Below are positions 41,389-51,713 of a DNA stretch of 64,000 bases, piece by piece (position 1 is the stretch's first letter; each line of letters starts with the position of its first letter). This DNA is from an uncultured Verrucomicrobiae bacterium (GTDB lineage: Bacteria > Verrucomicrobiota > Verrucomicrobiia > Chthoniobacterales > Chthoniobacteraceae). The stretch is taken from assembly GCA_963836755.1 (NCBI GenBank), contig CAWIKF010000002.1:448001-512000 (forward strand). Reading direction: 5' to 3'. Below the pieces are notes generated by a model, which saw nothing but the letters and a program-made list of their open reading frames with translations, made no database searches and was not told the DNA's origin. Made by a program: the position numbers and the translations under genes.

Positions 41389-41648
41389 CCGCTGTCCACC
41401 ATCATCCGGGCAGCCGCGCACGCGCACAATCGGCGGGAAGTCCGACGCGTGGCTCGGGATTCAGCCTACGGGCCGACGCAGCCTTTCCGCCAGATTGCAC
41501 GCAAAAGCGGCTGCGGCTGTGCGGCTTTTCGCTTCAGTGCACTTGCCAAAATCACAAACGCTGCGGATCAAAGTTTGCGCTTGGATTTCTCGAGAGCGCG
41601 CAGTATTTGCTTCTCAGCATCGTTCGCTTTTTCCCCCGCTGCATCTTT

Positions 41649-42620
41649 ATGAAATCGACCCCGCTCGCACTTTTCACCTCGCTCTGTTTTTTGCTGCTCG
41701 CCGGCTGTGGCAAGGCGCCGGAAAATGGTTCGCAGTCGAAGGGCGGCGGACAGTTGACGATCGCGGCGATCCCGAAGGCGACGACGCATTCCTATTGGAA
41801 AGCGGCGCAGGCGGGCGCGGAGCGGGCGGCGAAGGAAATGGATGTGCATCTGGAATGGCAGGGGCCGCTCGATGACTCGAAAATCTCGGACCAAATCGGC
41901 ATCCTGAACAATCTCGCGGCGTCGGGCGTGGATGGAATTTTGCTCGCGCCGTGCGATGACAAGGCGCTCGCGCCGCATGTGCGGAACATCACCAAGCGCG
42001 GCATCCCAGTCGCGATCTTCGACTCGCCGCTCGACGGCAAGCAGGGGACGGATTTCATCAATTTTGTCGCGACGGACAACAAGGCGGCGGGGAAAACCGC
42101 GGCGGAAACTTTGGAGAAATTGGTCGGCGACAGTCCGACGTATGGCGGCAAAGTTTTGATGATCCGCTTCACGGAAGGCTCGGCGAGCACACGACTGCGC
42201 GAGGAAGGATTTACGGAGAAATTGAAGGCCGATGGGAAATTGAAGATCGAGTCGGAGCAATTCACCGATGGCTCGATGGCAGGCGCGCAACGCGTCGCGG
42301 AGGCGCTGCTGAATAATTATGTGAAGGACAACAAGCTCGAGCTCGACGGAATTTTTGCGTCGAATCAGCCGACGGCGGAAGGAACTTACAACGCGGTGAA
42401 ATCGCTCAAGGACAAAGGCATCGAAGTGAAAACAAAGTTTGTCGGCTTTGACGATTCCGAGCTGCTGCAGCAGGGCTTGCAAAACGGGGTCATTCAATCG
42501 CTTGTCGTGCAGGACCCGGAGAAAATGGGCTACCTCGGCGTCAAATCCGTCGTCGAATTCATCCGCAAAAAACCGGTGCAGGCTTACGTCGACACGGGCG
42601 TGACCGTGAAGGCGAAGTAG
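41649..42620 (+). CDS. sugar ABC transporter substrate-binding lipoprotein (RbsB-like)
   Basis: LLAG-C lipobox, IPKATTHSYW, VATDN..AG, R..GF, VGFD, VVQDP..MGY. Confidence 0.92.
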   Translation: MKSTPLALFTSLCFLLLAGCGKAPENGSQSKGGGQLTIAAIPKATTHSYWKAAQAGAERAAKEMDVHLEWQGPLDDSKISDQIGILNNLAASGVDGILLAPCDDKALAPHVRNITKRGIPVAIFDSPLDGKQGTDFINFVATDNKAAGKTAAETLEKLVGDSPTYGGKVLMIRFTEGSASTRLREEGFTEKLKADGKLKIESEQFTDGSMAGAQRVAEALLNNYVKDNKLELDGIFASNQPTAEGTYNAVKSLKDKGIEVKTKFVGFDDSELLQQGLQNGVIQSLVVQDPEKMGYLGVKSVVEFIRKKPVQAYVDTGVTVKAK

Positions 42621-42650
42621 CAGACGAGAGGCGGCACGCTCGGTTCGCAA

Positions 42651-44174
42651 ATGGCCAGCTCCGAAATCCCGACGCCGCTGCTCACGATGCGCGGCGTGCA
42701 GAAGCGCTTCGGCGCGACCTATGCGCTGAAAGGCGTCAATCTCACCGTCGATCCCGGCTCGGTGCATGCGCTCATCGGCGAAAACGGCGCGGGCAAAAGC
42801 ACGTTGATGAAAACGCTCTCCGGTGCTTGCACGGCCGACGCGGGCGAGATGACTTTTGACGGGCAGCCGTATGTGCCCGGCCATCCGCTGCACGCGCGCT
42901 CGCTCGGCGTTTGCATGATTTACCAAGAGCTCGCGCTCGCGCCGGATTTGAGCGTGATGGAAAATATCATGCTCGGCATCGAGCCGACGATCGGGCCGTT
43001 GATGAATTGGAAAAAAATCCGCGAAATTTCCCGCCGCGCGCTCGATGAAGTCGGGCTGCAGGAGATCGCGCCCGAGACAATCATCGGCGGACTTTCAATC
43101 GCCGAACAGCAGCTCGTGGAAATCGCGCGCGCGGTTTCCGTCGGGTGCAAAATCCTCGTGCTCGACGAGCCGACGAGCTCGCTCACGCAAAAAGATGTGC
43201 GCAAACTTTTCGAACTGGTGCGCCGGTTGAAGGCCAAAGGCGTGGCGATCGTTTACATCAGCCACGCGCTCGAGGAGGTCGAGGAGCTTTGCGATAAATT
43301 CACCGTGCTGCGCGACGGCGAAACCGTCGGCACCGGCAACGTCAGCGAAGTGCCGGTCAATCGCATCATCGCAATGATGGTCGGTCGCGACGTGCATGAT
43401 TTGTATCCGCGCTCGCCGCGCGTGGCGGGAGAAACTGTGCTCGATTTGAGCGAAGTCGCCGGCGCGAAACTTCCGAAAAATGCGTCGCTGCAATTGCGCC
43501 GCGGCGAGATTGTCGGCATCGCCGGCCTCATCGGCGCGGGCCGCACGGAAATGCTCCGCGCAATCTTCGGGCTCGACAGCGTGAAGTCCGGCAAAGTGCG
43601 CATCCACGAGTTTGTCGGCAACGCTTCGCCCGCGCGCCGATGGGAGGAAGGAATGGGCCTCGTGAGCGAAGACCGAAAAACGGAAGGCCTCGCGCAAAAT
43701 CTTTCCATCGCGGAAAATCTCACGCTTTCGAATCTCAACGGCCTCGGCCCGTGGCGCTTCGTTCTTCCCTTAAAACAGCGCGCCGCCTGCGACCCATGGA
43801 TTCAGGCTTTCCCGATCAAATGCCAGTCCGCCGATCAGCCGATCTCCGACCTTTCCGGCGGCAACCAGCAAAAAGTTGCCATCGCGCGGCTGCTCCATCA
43901 CGACGTCGATGTGCTGCTGCTCGACGAGCCGACGCGCGGGATCGACGTCGGTTCAAAGGCACAAATTTACGCCTTGATCGACAAACTCGCGCTCGCCTCG
44001 AACGGCAAAAAAGCGAAGGCCGTGCTCATCGTCAGCAGTTATCTGCCGGAGCTGCTTGGCATCTGCGACCGCATCGCCGTGATGACGCGCGGTGTGCTCG
44101 GCGAGGCAAAGCCGGTCGCCGAATGGACCGGGCATTCGTTGATGATGGCGGCCACTGGACAGGACGCGCGCTGA
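42651..44174 (+). CDS. sugar ABC transporter ATPase (RbsA-like, two NBDs)
   Basis: GENGAGKST, LDEPTSSL, LSGGNQQKV, DEPTRGIDVG. Confidence 0.95.
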   Translation: MASSEIPTPLLTMRGVQKRFGATYALKGVNLTVDPGSVHALIGENGAGKSTLMKTLSGACTADAGEMTFDGQPYVPGHPLHARSLGVCMIYQELALAPDLSVMENIMLGIEPTIGPLMNWKKIREISRRALDEVGLQEIAPETIIGGLSIAEQQLVEIARAVSVGCKILVLDEPTSSLTQKDVRKLFELVRRLKAKGVAIVYISHALEEVEELCDKFTVLRDGETVGTGNVSEVPVNRIIAMMVGRDVHDLYPRSPRVAGETVLDLSEVAGAKLPKNASLQLRRGEIVGIAGLIGAGRTEMLRAIFGLDSVKSGKVRIHEFVGNASPARRWEEGMGLVSEDRKTEGLAQNLSIAENLTLSNLNGLGPWRFVLPLKQRAACDPWIQAFPIKCQSADQPISDLSGGNQQKVAIARLLHHDVDVLLLDEPTRGIDVGSKAQIYALIDKLALASNGKKAKAVLIVSSYLPELLGICDRIAVMTRGVLGEAKPVAEWTGHSLMMAATGQDAR

Positions 44175-44201
44175 ACTTTGACGCCACAAAACTTTTAAAC
44201 A

Positions 44202-45314
44202 ATGACTGACGACGAAAACCAAATCTCCCGCCCGACCAGCGACAACACCGCCGCGGGCGCGCACGCCACGCCAGCTTCCACCACAATCACCACGGTCGCC
44301 GGCAAAAAAAACAACCGCATCCTCGAGTTCATCGGGCGAATGGCCGCGCTCGCCGCCGTTTATCTTTTCTTCGTGTTGCTGACGCCTGCGAGCAAAGGTT
44401 TCACCTCCGATGCAAACACGCAGCTCATGCTGCAGGACATCGCCGTCGTCGCAATGTCCGCGATCGGCGCGACGATCATCATCATCGCCGGCGGCATCGA
44501 TCTCTCGGCCGGCTCCGTGATCGCGCTCTCGATGATCACCACCGCCTACGTGCTGAACATGGGACCCGAGGGCAACAAACTGGTCGTGCAGCATCCGTGT
44601 CTCATGCCGATCCTCGCCGTGCTCGCAGCGTCCGCCGTTGCCGGATTTGTCGGCATTTTAAATGGCGCGCTCGTCACGTTTTTACGCATCGTTCCGTTCA
44701 TCATCACGCTCGGCACGATGCAGATGGCGCGCGGTTTCGCGAAGCTGATCGCGCAGGAGCAGAACATTTATCCGCCGGCCGCAGTGCAGGATCTTTGGAT
44801 TGCGAAATTGCTAGATCCGGCGCGAACAGTTTTCACATTTCCGTTCCTGCCAATCGCCGTCTGGCTCGTGATCCTCGCTGCGATTTTGGCCGCGCTTTTT
44901 TTACGTTACACCCGACTCGGTCGTCATATTTTCGCGATTGGTTCCAACGAAAAAACCGCGATCCTTTGCGGCGTGCCGGTCAATCGCACGAAGCTGATGG
45001 TTTATCTCATCGGCGGATTGTTCAGCGGATTTGCGGGCATCATTTTCTTTGCGCGGCTCGGCGCGATCGGCCAGCCGACGGAAGCGATTGGCTACGAACT
45101 TTTCGTGATTGCCGCAGCGGTCATCGGCGGCGCCAGCCTTCTTGGCGGCCGCGGCACAATTCTCGGCACGATGATCGGCGCGCTCATCATCACGATCCTC
45201 CGCAACGGCGGCGTCAAGATGGGCTGGCCGCAATACGTGCAAGAAATCGTGATGGGCGCCGTCATCATCGTCGCAGTGACGATCGATAATTTGCGAAATC
45301 GAAAATCTACCTGA
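44202..45314 (+). CDS. sugar ABC transporter permease (RbsC-like)
   Basis: GGIDLSAGS, PFIITLG, GR..FAIGSN, YEL.VIAAAVIGGASL.GG.G. Confidence 0.95.
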   Translation: MTDDENQISRPTSDNTAAGAHATPASTTITTVAGKKNNRILEFIGRMAALAAVYLFFVLLTPASKGFTSDANTQLMLQDIAVVAMSAIGATIIIIAGGIDLSAGSVIALSMITTAYVLNMGPEGNKLVVQHPCLMPILAVLAASAVAGFVGILNGALVTFLRIVPFIITLGTMQMARGFAKLIAQEQNIYPPAAVQDLWIAKLLDPARTVFTFPFLPIAVWLVILAAILAALFLRYTRLGRHIFAIGSNEKTAILCGVPVNRTKLMVYLIGGLFSGFAGIIFFARLGAIGQPTEAIGYELFVIAAAVIGGASLLGGRGTILGTMIGALIITILRNGGVKMGWPQYVQEIVMGAVIIVAVTIDNLRNRKST

Positions 45315-45322
45315 CGCGCGAT

Positions 45323-47821
45323 TTAGAAAGAATCGACCAGGGAAAAAATTCGCGGCGCGGCAAAATTTTCTGAGTCTTGCGCGTCCGCAAACTTGAGCGA
45401 GATCGTGCGCGATTCGCCCGCGCAAAGATGAAAAAAGTTGTCGGAGATTTGCGCGGCGGAATGCGGTTCGATGCAGACCGCGAAGCAAAAAACTTTTGCA
45501 TGAAGCGTGATGCAAAGTTCGCGCGGCGAATTCCACTGATGTGATTGCGCGATCGTCTCGCGGCGCAATTTTAAATACCGCGGCGCGGTAAAAAATGAAA
45601 AGTTGCGTGAAAGTTCGCCACCCTTTTCCGCATCGATCAGACGAGTCTGCAAAAACGCATTCTCTTTTCCGCAATCGCGCAGTTCGCGGCTGAAGTCGAG
45701 CGTGTGCCGCAAGAGAGATTTGCCGCATTCGAGATCCACATTTTCTCCGCCCGCAGCGAGCTCCTCTCCATCGAGCTTCGTGAGATGCCAGGAAAGTTTG
45801 ACGCCAATTTTTTCCGGCGCATCGCTGACGGTCCAGATCTCGGCGCCGCCGCGCGTGTTGCGTCGATAATTCCCGATGCCCCTCTTTTCGCTTCCATGCA
45901 ATTTCACGCACACGAGCGCGGGCGCGAAAAACTCGCGAGCCCAGTAATGAAGCGCCTTCCAGCCGCCTCCGAACTCGAGGCTGCTCCATGACGCGACCGG
46001 CCAGCAATCGTTGAGTTGCCAGTAAAGTGCACCGAGACATTGCGGCTGCTGGCGTCGAAAATGCTCGACCGCGATTTTCATGCAATGCGCCTGGTTGAGC
46101 TGCGAAAGATAGCTCAGCGCGCGGTAATCGCGCGGATGGCGAAAGAGCTGCGAGAGGTAGTGAAAAATGATTGCGTTGCCGCCCGCGTTTTTTTGGTGCG
46201 CCTCGAAAATCGGCGACAAAATATTCAGCTCTTCCGGCGGGCAAAACGTCGCGGCTACGCGCGGTGACGGATAACTTTGCATGCCGAATTCACTGACAAA
46301 GCGGTGCGCCGTTTTTTCATAATGCTCCACCGGTTTGCGCGCGTGCCAGACTTCCCAATCGTGCGCATCGCGGCCTGGCGCCTCGCTCGCGGGCAGGCCG
46401 GCGATTGCAAGAACCGGTGACGAATGAACGTATGGCGTCGCCGGATCAAACTCACGAACGGCAGCGGGCAGCGTCTCGAGAAAAAGTTTTCTGTATTCCT
46501 CGCGCAGCGCCGCATCGCGATCCAGCGTCGCGCCATTCATCATGACGACCTCATTGTTCCCACACCAAAGCGCGAGGCATGCGTGATGCCGCACGCGCGT
46601 GATCTGGTCGCGCGCCTCGCGTTTCACCGATACGAGGAACGGCTCATCCGCCGAATATCGCGTGCAGGCAAACATGAAATCCTGCCAGACGAGCAGCCCG
46701 AGTTCGTCGCACAAATCGTAAAAAGCGTCGTGCTCGTAAATGCCGCCGCCCCAGACGCGAATCATGTTCATGTGAGCATCCGCAGCCGATCTCAGCAGCG
46801 GCTCGTAGTCGTCGCGCGTCAAACTTGCGACGAAGCTGTGCGCCGGAATCCAGTTCGCGCCTTTGCAGAACATTAAACGGCCGTTGACTCGAAAGCCGAA
46901 GCGGCTCGGCAGCGGATTGCCGTCATGTTTTTCAAAACTTTCGTCGGGACCGCAATCGAGTGCGATCGTGCGCAGTCCGACCTTGCGCGACCAGTTTGAA
47001 ACGGATGCGCCGTTTTCCAAAAGATCGACAGTGAGTTCGTAGAGCGGCTGCGCGCCTTGTCCCGCTGGCCACCACAACTTTGGAGTTTTGATTTCGAGCT
47101 TCGGATTTCGCCCTTCATCCTGCGCCGCAATTTCGTTGCCGAATGAAATAGTTGTCCGAAAAATTACCTCCGGATTCAGCGACGAAATTTCCGGGAAAAG
47201 TTTTAGCTCCACTTTGTCCGGCAGATGATTTTGCTCGATCCGCACCGATTTAATGCGGCTGCCCGACCAGGCATCGATCCAGATCGGGCGCCAGATTCCG
47301 CACGTGACGAAGCGCGGTCCCCAGTCCCAGCCGAACTGGCATTGCTGCTTGCGGATGCGCGTGCAGCCGCCGACCGGATCGTTTGATTCCGTCGGCGTGT
47401 GCCAGGTGCGATGAGTGCGGATGTATTGCAGAGCGCTTCCGAAACGGATTTCCATGACATTTTCGCCCGCGCACAAAATGCCTTTCACCGGCAGCCGATG
47501 GCCCTGAAACATGTTGTCGTTTTCGAGGATGATGCGGCCGTTCAACCGCGCAATCGCCACGGTATCGAGTCCCTCGCAAACCAGCTCCAGATGCTCTTCC
47601 GCAAGCAATGCGGCATCGACATCGAACTGCAACCGATACTCCCAATCTCGTTCCTCGATCCATTGCAGATCGATTTCGTTTTGACCAAAAAACGGATCGG
47701 GAATCAGCCCGTGGCGAAGCAGATCGGTGTGAATGCAACCGGGCACGCTCGCGTCGCGCCAATCGGATTCGCTCCCTGCTTCGCGAAATTGCCAGCCGGA
47801 ATGGAGTCGGTGTGACGTCAT
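45323..47821 (-). CDS. GH2 beta-mannosidase (no signal peptide)
   Basis: GWDWGP, KGANWIP, NMIRVWGGG.YE, WQDFMFAC, WCGNNE, FVSEFG.QS, LYWQLNDCWP. Confidence 0.93.
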   Translation of the reverse strand: MTSHRLHSGWQFREAGSESDWRDASVPGCIHTDLLRHGLIPDPFFGQNEIDLQWIEERDWEYRLQFDVDAALLAEEHLELVCEGLDTVAIARLNGRIILENDNMFQGHRLPVKGILCAGENVMEIRFGSALQYIRTHRTWHTPTESNDPVGGCTRIRKQQCQFGWDWGPRFVTCGIWRPIWIDAWSGSRIKSVRIEQNHLPDKVELKLFPEISSLNPEVIFRTTISFGNEIAAQDEGRNPKLEIKTPKLWWPAGQGAQPLYELTVDLLENGASVSNWSRKVGLRTIALDCGPDESFEKHDGNPLPSRFGFRVNGRLMFCKGANWIPAHSFVASLTRDDYEPLLRSAADAHMNMIRVWGGGIYEHDAFYDLCDELGLLVWQDFMFACTRYSADEPFLVSVKREARDQITRVRHHACLALWCGNNEVVMMNGATLDRDAALREEYRKLFLETLPAAVREFDPATPYVHSSPVLAIAGLPASEAPGRDAHDWEVWHARKPVEHYEKTAHRFVSEFGMQSYPSPRVAATFCPPEELNILSPIFEAHQKNAGGNAIIFHYLSQLFRHPRDYRALSYLSQLNQAHCMKIAVEHFRRQQPQCLGALYWQLNDCWPVASWSSLEFGGGWKALHYWAREFFAPALVCVKLHGSEKRGIGNYRRNTRGGAEIWTVSDAPEKIGVKLSWHLTKLDGEELAAGGENVDLECGKSLLRHTLDFSRELRDCGKENAFLQTRLIDAEKGGELSRNFSFFTAPRYLKLRRETIAQSHQWNSPRELCITLHAKVFCFAVCIEPHSAAQISDNFFHLCAGESRTISLKFADAQDSENFAAPRIFSLVDSF

Positions 47822-47864
47822 GGAACTTTGGCGCGCGAAGAATATCGCGGCGATTCCCCCGCGG

Positions 47865-48284
47865 CTACCTTCGCATTTTCAACAGCAGAACCGGCACGTT
47901 GACTTGATGGCGGACTTTGTCGACAGTGGAGCCGTAAAGCATGTCGCTGATGAAGCGGTGGCCGTGTGTGGACATGGCCACGAGATCGCAGCCGCGCGTT
48001 TCTATCCACCGGATGATTTGATCCGCCGGTTCGCCAAACGCGAGCTCCACCTCGACGTGAATGCCTTCTGCAGTCAGCAGGGACTGCATGGACTCGAGAT
48101 AGGCTTGGTCCTTTTTTATTTCAGCACTGACGGCGTCGGAACCGAACAGACGCGCAGCCCAACCGTCGGCGACGTGCAAAAGCACGACAGAACTTTGGAA
48201 TGTTTTCGCCAGCGACGTGACGTGTTTCAAAATCGTCTCGTCAGCGCCTGTCGCGTCGAGAGCGACTAAAATTTTGCGATACAT
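47865..48284 (-). CDS. universal stress protein
   Basis: MYRKILVALD, LLHV, GEPA, DLVAMSTHG...D..YGS...V. Confidence 0.93.
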   Translation of the reverse strand: MYRKILVALDATGADETILKHVTSLAKTFQSSVVLLHVADGWAARLFGSDAVSAEIKKDQAYLESMQSLLTAEGIHVEVELAFGEPADQIIRWIETRGCDLVAMSTHGHRFISDMLYGSTVDKVRHQVNVPVLLLKMRR

Positions 48285-48305
48285 TCTTTAAAAGGACGTT
48301 CAGTG

Positions 48306-49700
48306 TCAGTGATGGGCGAAAATTGCGAGCGCATTGTGGATTGCGCCTGGCAGCCCGTAAATGTCGAGCCCCGTGATGAGCAGACATGAGGTCCAGCCGG
48401 CGATCAGCAGGAACCAGCCGTTGCGATGCTTGCCCATCAAACGCCTCGAGCCGGTGAAGCAGAGCAGCGGAAACATCGCGAGCGGAAGCTGGATCGCGAG
48501 CACGACTTGACTGAGGTTTAAAAGGTCGTTGACCCCGCCATCGCCGCGGCCGCCGATCAGAACGATCGCGGGGATGATCGCCAGCAGGCGGGTGATCAAA
48601 CGGCGCACCCACGGCCGGATTTTCCAGTCCATGAAACCCTCCATCACGACCTGGCCGGCCAGCGTGCCGGTGATGGTGCTGCTTTGCCCGCTCGCCAGCA
48701 GCGCGAGCGCGAAAAGAATGCTGGCCGCGGCTGTGCCGAGCAGCGGCGAGAGCGTGAGATATGCGACGCGGATCCAGTCTGAGTTGGCGTTCAGCGCGAC
48801 CACTGGTCCGTTCGCCAGCGCGATTTTGTCTTTGCCGAAAAAGACCACCGCAGCGAGCACCAAAATCGCGGCGTTTACAAAAAACGCGATGGTCAACGCG
48901 ATGACAGAGTCGAGGGTGTTGAAGCGAATCGCGCGCCGCACCGACGCATCGTCCGCCTGCAACTTCCGCGACTGCACGAGCGCGGAATGCAGATACAAAT
49001 TATGCGGCATCACCGTGGCCCCGATGATTCCGATCGCGATGAAAATCATTTCCTTGTTGCGAAAAAATTCCGACAGCTGCGGCGCGATCGTCGCGGAGGC
49101 CGCTGCGAGAAGGTCAGGCGTGGTCTGCGGCAGGACGAAGATTTCGATGAAATAACAAATGCCAATCGTTCCGATCAGCACACAAATCACTCCCTCGATC
49201 AGGCGCATTCCGAGACGTTGCAGCGAAAGGAGCAGCAGCACATCGAAGGCCGTGATGCAGACCGCCAAGAGCAACGAGATGCGCGGAAAGAGGAGATGAA
49301 TCGCGACGGCGCTGCCAAGCACCTCCGCCAGATCGCAAGCGGCGATTGCGAATTCGCAACTCAGGTAATTTGGCCAGCGCGTCCAGCCCGGCAGATGATC
49401 GCGGCAGCATTGCGCCAGATCTTTTCCTGTCACCACGCCGAGCCGCGCAGCCATCACCTGCAGGAAGATCGCCATGAGGCTCGCGAGCGCGACGATCCAG
49501 AGCAGCCCGTATTTAAAGCTCGCTCCCGCACTCAGATCCGTGGACCAATTTCCCGGATCCATGTAGCCGACGCTAACGAGCATCGCCGGACCGGCGAAAG
49601 CGAGATATTGCCGCCATGGATGGGCGGAAACCGGCGGAACGTTTACCGTGCCGTGAAGGCCTTCCAAGGAACGATGGCGCTCTGGCGGAATGTTGCTCAT
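48306..49700 (-). CDS. mntH: Nramp divalent metal transporter
   Basis: VGYMDPGNW, GATVMPHNLYLHS, GQSSTITGTLAGQVVMEGF. Confidence 0.96.
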   Translation of the reverse strand: MSNIPPERHRSLEGLHGTVNVPPVSAHPWRQYLAFAGPAMLVSVGYMDPGNWSTDLSAGASFKYGLLWIVALASLMAIFLQVMAARLGVVTGKDLAQCCRDHLPGWTRWPNYLSCEFAIAACDLAEVLGSAVAIHLLFPRISLLLAVCITAFDVLLLLSLQRLGMRLIEGVICVLIGTIGICYFIEIFVLPQTTPDLLAAASATIAPQLSEFFRNKEMIFIAIGIIGATVMPHNLYLHSALVQSRKLQADDASVRRAIRFNTLDSVIALTIAFFVNAAILVLAAVVFFGKDKIALANGPVVALNANSDWIRVAYLTLSPLLGTAAASILFALALLASGQSSTITGTLAGQVVMEGFMDWKIRPWVRRLITRLLAIIPAIVLIGGRGDGGVNDLLNLSQVVLAIQLPLAMFPLLCFTGSRRLMGKHRNGWFLLIAGWTSCLLITGLDIYGLPGAIHNALAIFAHH

Positions 49701-49748
49701 CGAGTTTCGACGTAGCCTCGCGCAATAGTTTTTAACATAGCCAAAACT

Positions 49749-49806
49749 TTGTAGCATTGGTTACAAGGCCGCCGGCTCGATGTCAACAAGTGTAGCCAAT
49801 GTTACA
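49749..49806. promoter_or_regulatory. two MntR-operator-like palindromes around a TTGACA element
   Basis: TTGTAGC-ATTG-GTTACAA (49749-49766) and TGTAGC-CAAT-GTTACA (49791-49806); minus-strand TTGACA at 49781-49786. Confidence 0.7.
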
Positions 49807-49851
49807 AAATAAAACCTCGACCGAAAAATCGCCTCTCACTACTTTCCCGCC

Positions 49852-50319
49852 ATGCAGCCTCCCGTCCGAAAAAAAGGCGCGAGCAAACCGGATGTTCGCG
49901 CGTCCGCGTTGCAGGCGGAAAATCTGCGCCGGTTGCGCCGCGATCACGCTGGCGAAATCGCGCAGGATTATGTCGAGGCGATCGCCGATCTTTCAGCGGC
50001 CGTGGGTGAGGCGCGTGTAACCGATTTGGCCCGGCGGCTCGGCGTCACGCATGTTACCGTCAATCGCACGCTCGCGCGGTTGCGGCAGGCCGGTTACGTG
50101 AACACGAAACCTTACCGCGCCATTTTTCTGACGGATTCTGGTCGCAAGCTCGCCGAGGAATCCAAACGGCGGCACGAGACGGTCGTCACTTTTTTGCATG
50201 CGATCGGCGTTTCCGCGAAAGTGGCGGAGATGGACGCCGAGGGCATCGAGCACCACGTAAGCAAGGAAACTTTGACGGCATTTGTAAAACATCTGGAAAA
50301 GAATCGGCATGCACATTAA
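49852..50319 (+). CDS. mntR: manganese-responsive DtxR-family regulator
   Basis: E...DYVE.I.DL....GEAR..D.ARRLGV...TV, PYRAIFLT..G, DAEGIEHHVS; divergent from mntH. Confidence 0.93.
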   Translation: MQPPVRKKGASKPDVRASALQAENLRRLRRDHAGEIAQDYVEAIADLSAAVGEARVTDLARRLGVTHVTVNRTLARLRQAGYVNTKPYRAIFLTDSGRKLAEESKRRHETVVTFLHAIGVSAKVAEMDAEGIEHHVSKETLTAFVKHLEKNRHAH

Positions 50320-51229
50320 ACATTTCCGCTTCGGCGGCTGGGAGCACAACCTCCAGATCGGCAATGAGCACGTGGAGCTGATCATCAGCCTCGACGTCGG
50401 CCCGCGCATCCTTTCCTACAAAACGCTGAGCGGCGAAAACGTGCTCAAGAATTATCCCGAGCAAATGGGCAAATGCGGCGAGGACAAATGGATGATCCGC
50501 GGCGGACATCGGTTTTGGATCGCGCCCGAAGACGAGGTGCTCAGCTACGTGCCCGACAACGCGCCGGTGAATCACGAGTTCATCGGCGACGACGGCGTGC
50601 GACTAACGAACGTCGGCGTCGATCCGTGGAAAATAAAAAAGGAAATGACCGTCACGCTCGCGGCCGACAGCTCAGCGGTCACGATCTTCCACCGCGCCAC
50701 CAATGAAGGCTCCGCGCCTATCGAGATCGCGACGTGGGGTTTGACCGTAATGGAGCCCGGCGGCCTCGAGATCATCCCGCAACCGCAGCTCGGCCAACAT
50801 CCGCGCGACTTGCTGCCGAACAGGCTCATGGTCATCTGGCCTTACACGGACATGACCGATCCGCGCTGGCGCTTCGGCTGGAAATTCATCACGCTGCGCC
50901 AGACGGCGGACGGCTTTCCGACGAAGCTCGGCCTCGCGCATCAAGCCGGCTGGGTCGCATACCTGATGCGCGATGTGCTTTTTGTAAAAACTTTTACGCA
51001 CGAGCCGGCGGCGATCTATCCCGACCACGGCTGCAACTTTGAAACGTTCACGAACTCCGAAATGCTCGAGATCGAATCGCTCGGGCCGCTCAAAAAAATC
51101 GCGCCTGGAGAATCGACCGAGCACACGGAAAAGTGGTATCTGCTCGACGTGCCTGAGCAGCCGGGTTCATTGAAAGAGCCCGCGCTCAGTGAGTGGATCG
51201 AGCCGCAACTGCGGCGCATCGGCCTCTAA
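50309..51229 (+). CDS. hypothetical protein, galactose-mutarotase-like beta fold
   Basis: VGPRI, GGHRFW.APE, YPD.G...E.F......EIESLGP; 11-nt overlap with mntR. Confidence 0.75.
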   Translation: MHIKHFRFGGWEHNLQIGNEHVELIISLDVGPRILSYKTLSGENVLKNYPEQMGKCGEDKWMIRGGHRFWIAPEDEVLSYVPDNAPVNHEFIGDDGVRLTNVGVDPWKIKKEMTVTLAADSSAVTIFHRATNEGSAPIEIATWGLTVMEPGGLEIIPQPQLGQHPRDLLPNRLMVIWPYTDMTDPRWRFGWKFITLRQTADGFPTKLGLAHQAGWVAYLMRDVLFVKTFTHEPAAIYPDHGCNFETFTNSEMLEIESLGPLKKIAPGESTEHTEKWYLLDVPEQPGSLKEPALSEWIEPQLRRIGL

Positions 51230-51236
51230 ATCTGCC

Positions 51237-51713
51237 ATGAAAATAATCGTTAACACTCTGCTGGTCCTTGCCGGCTTGCTTTCATTCACCAGTTGCCAAA
51301 CGGCCGAAATGGAAGGAATCCAGAATGCACGCATCGCCATGAATGATGCGATCAAAGCTGAGCCGCCGGGCGACTACTACATCGGCCGGCGCTTTTACAA
51401 AGTGGATTACAAATTCTGGGGCTTCGTGCGCGAGCCGGGTCAGCCGTGGGCCACCTCGAAACTGGTCATGATGAATGAGCAGCAAAAGCTCGCGCCCGAT
51501 CGCGCCGGCGGAAAACTCGGGAGCGACAATGGCTACGAATACAAACTTTTCGGCCATTTCTCGCCCGACAAAGTTTACGAGCCGGCGAGCAACGGCTTTT
51601 ACCCGGAGTTTGTGCTGACGGGCTACCAGCTGATCTCGACTTCGCCGCCGCCGATTTTGTCGACGCCCGGCGCCACTGATCCGGCGCGCCGGATCATCGA
51701 GCAGCCGCGTTAG
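51237..51713 (+). CDS. hypothetical lipoprotein
   Basis: MKIIV...LLSFTS-C lipobox; codon usage typical of the window. Confidence 0.75.
   Translation: MKIIVNTLLVLAGLLSFTSCQTAEMEGIQNARIAMNDAIKAEPPGDYYIGRRFYKVDYKFWGFVREPGQPWATSKLVMMNEQQKLAPDRAGGKLGSDNGYEYKLFGHFSPDKVYEPASNGFYPEFVLTGYQLISTSPPPILSTPGATDPARRIIEQPR

Noticed and set aside
41389..41648. GC-rich intergenic region as a possible riboswitch or ncRNA
   Set aside because: No c-di-GMP, SAM, TPP or other recognisable consensus on either strand; an Infernal/Rfam scan would be needed.
41568..42926. 452-aa minus-strand ORF
   Set aside because: Antisense to the sugar ABC genes; long shadow ORFs are expected at this GC content.
44901..46244. 447-aa minus-strand ORF
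   Set aside because: Out of frame with the GH2 gene and antisense to the permease; Arg/Ala-rich with no recognisable motifs.
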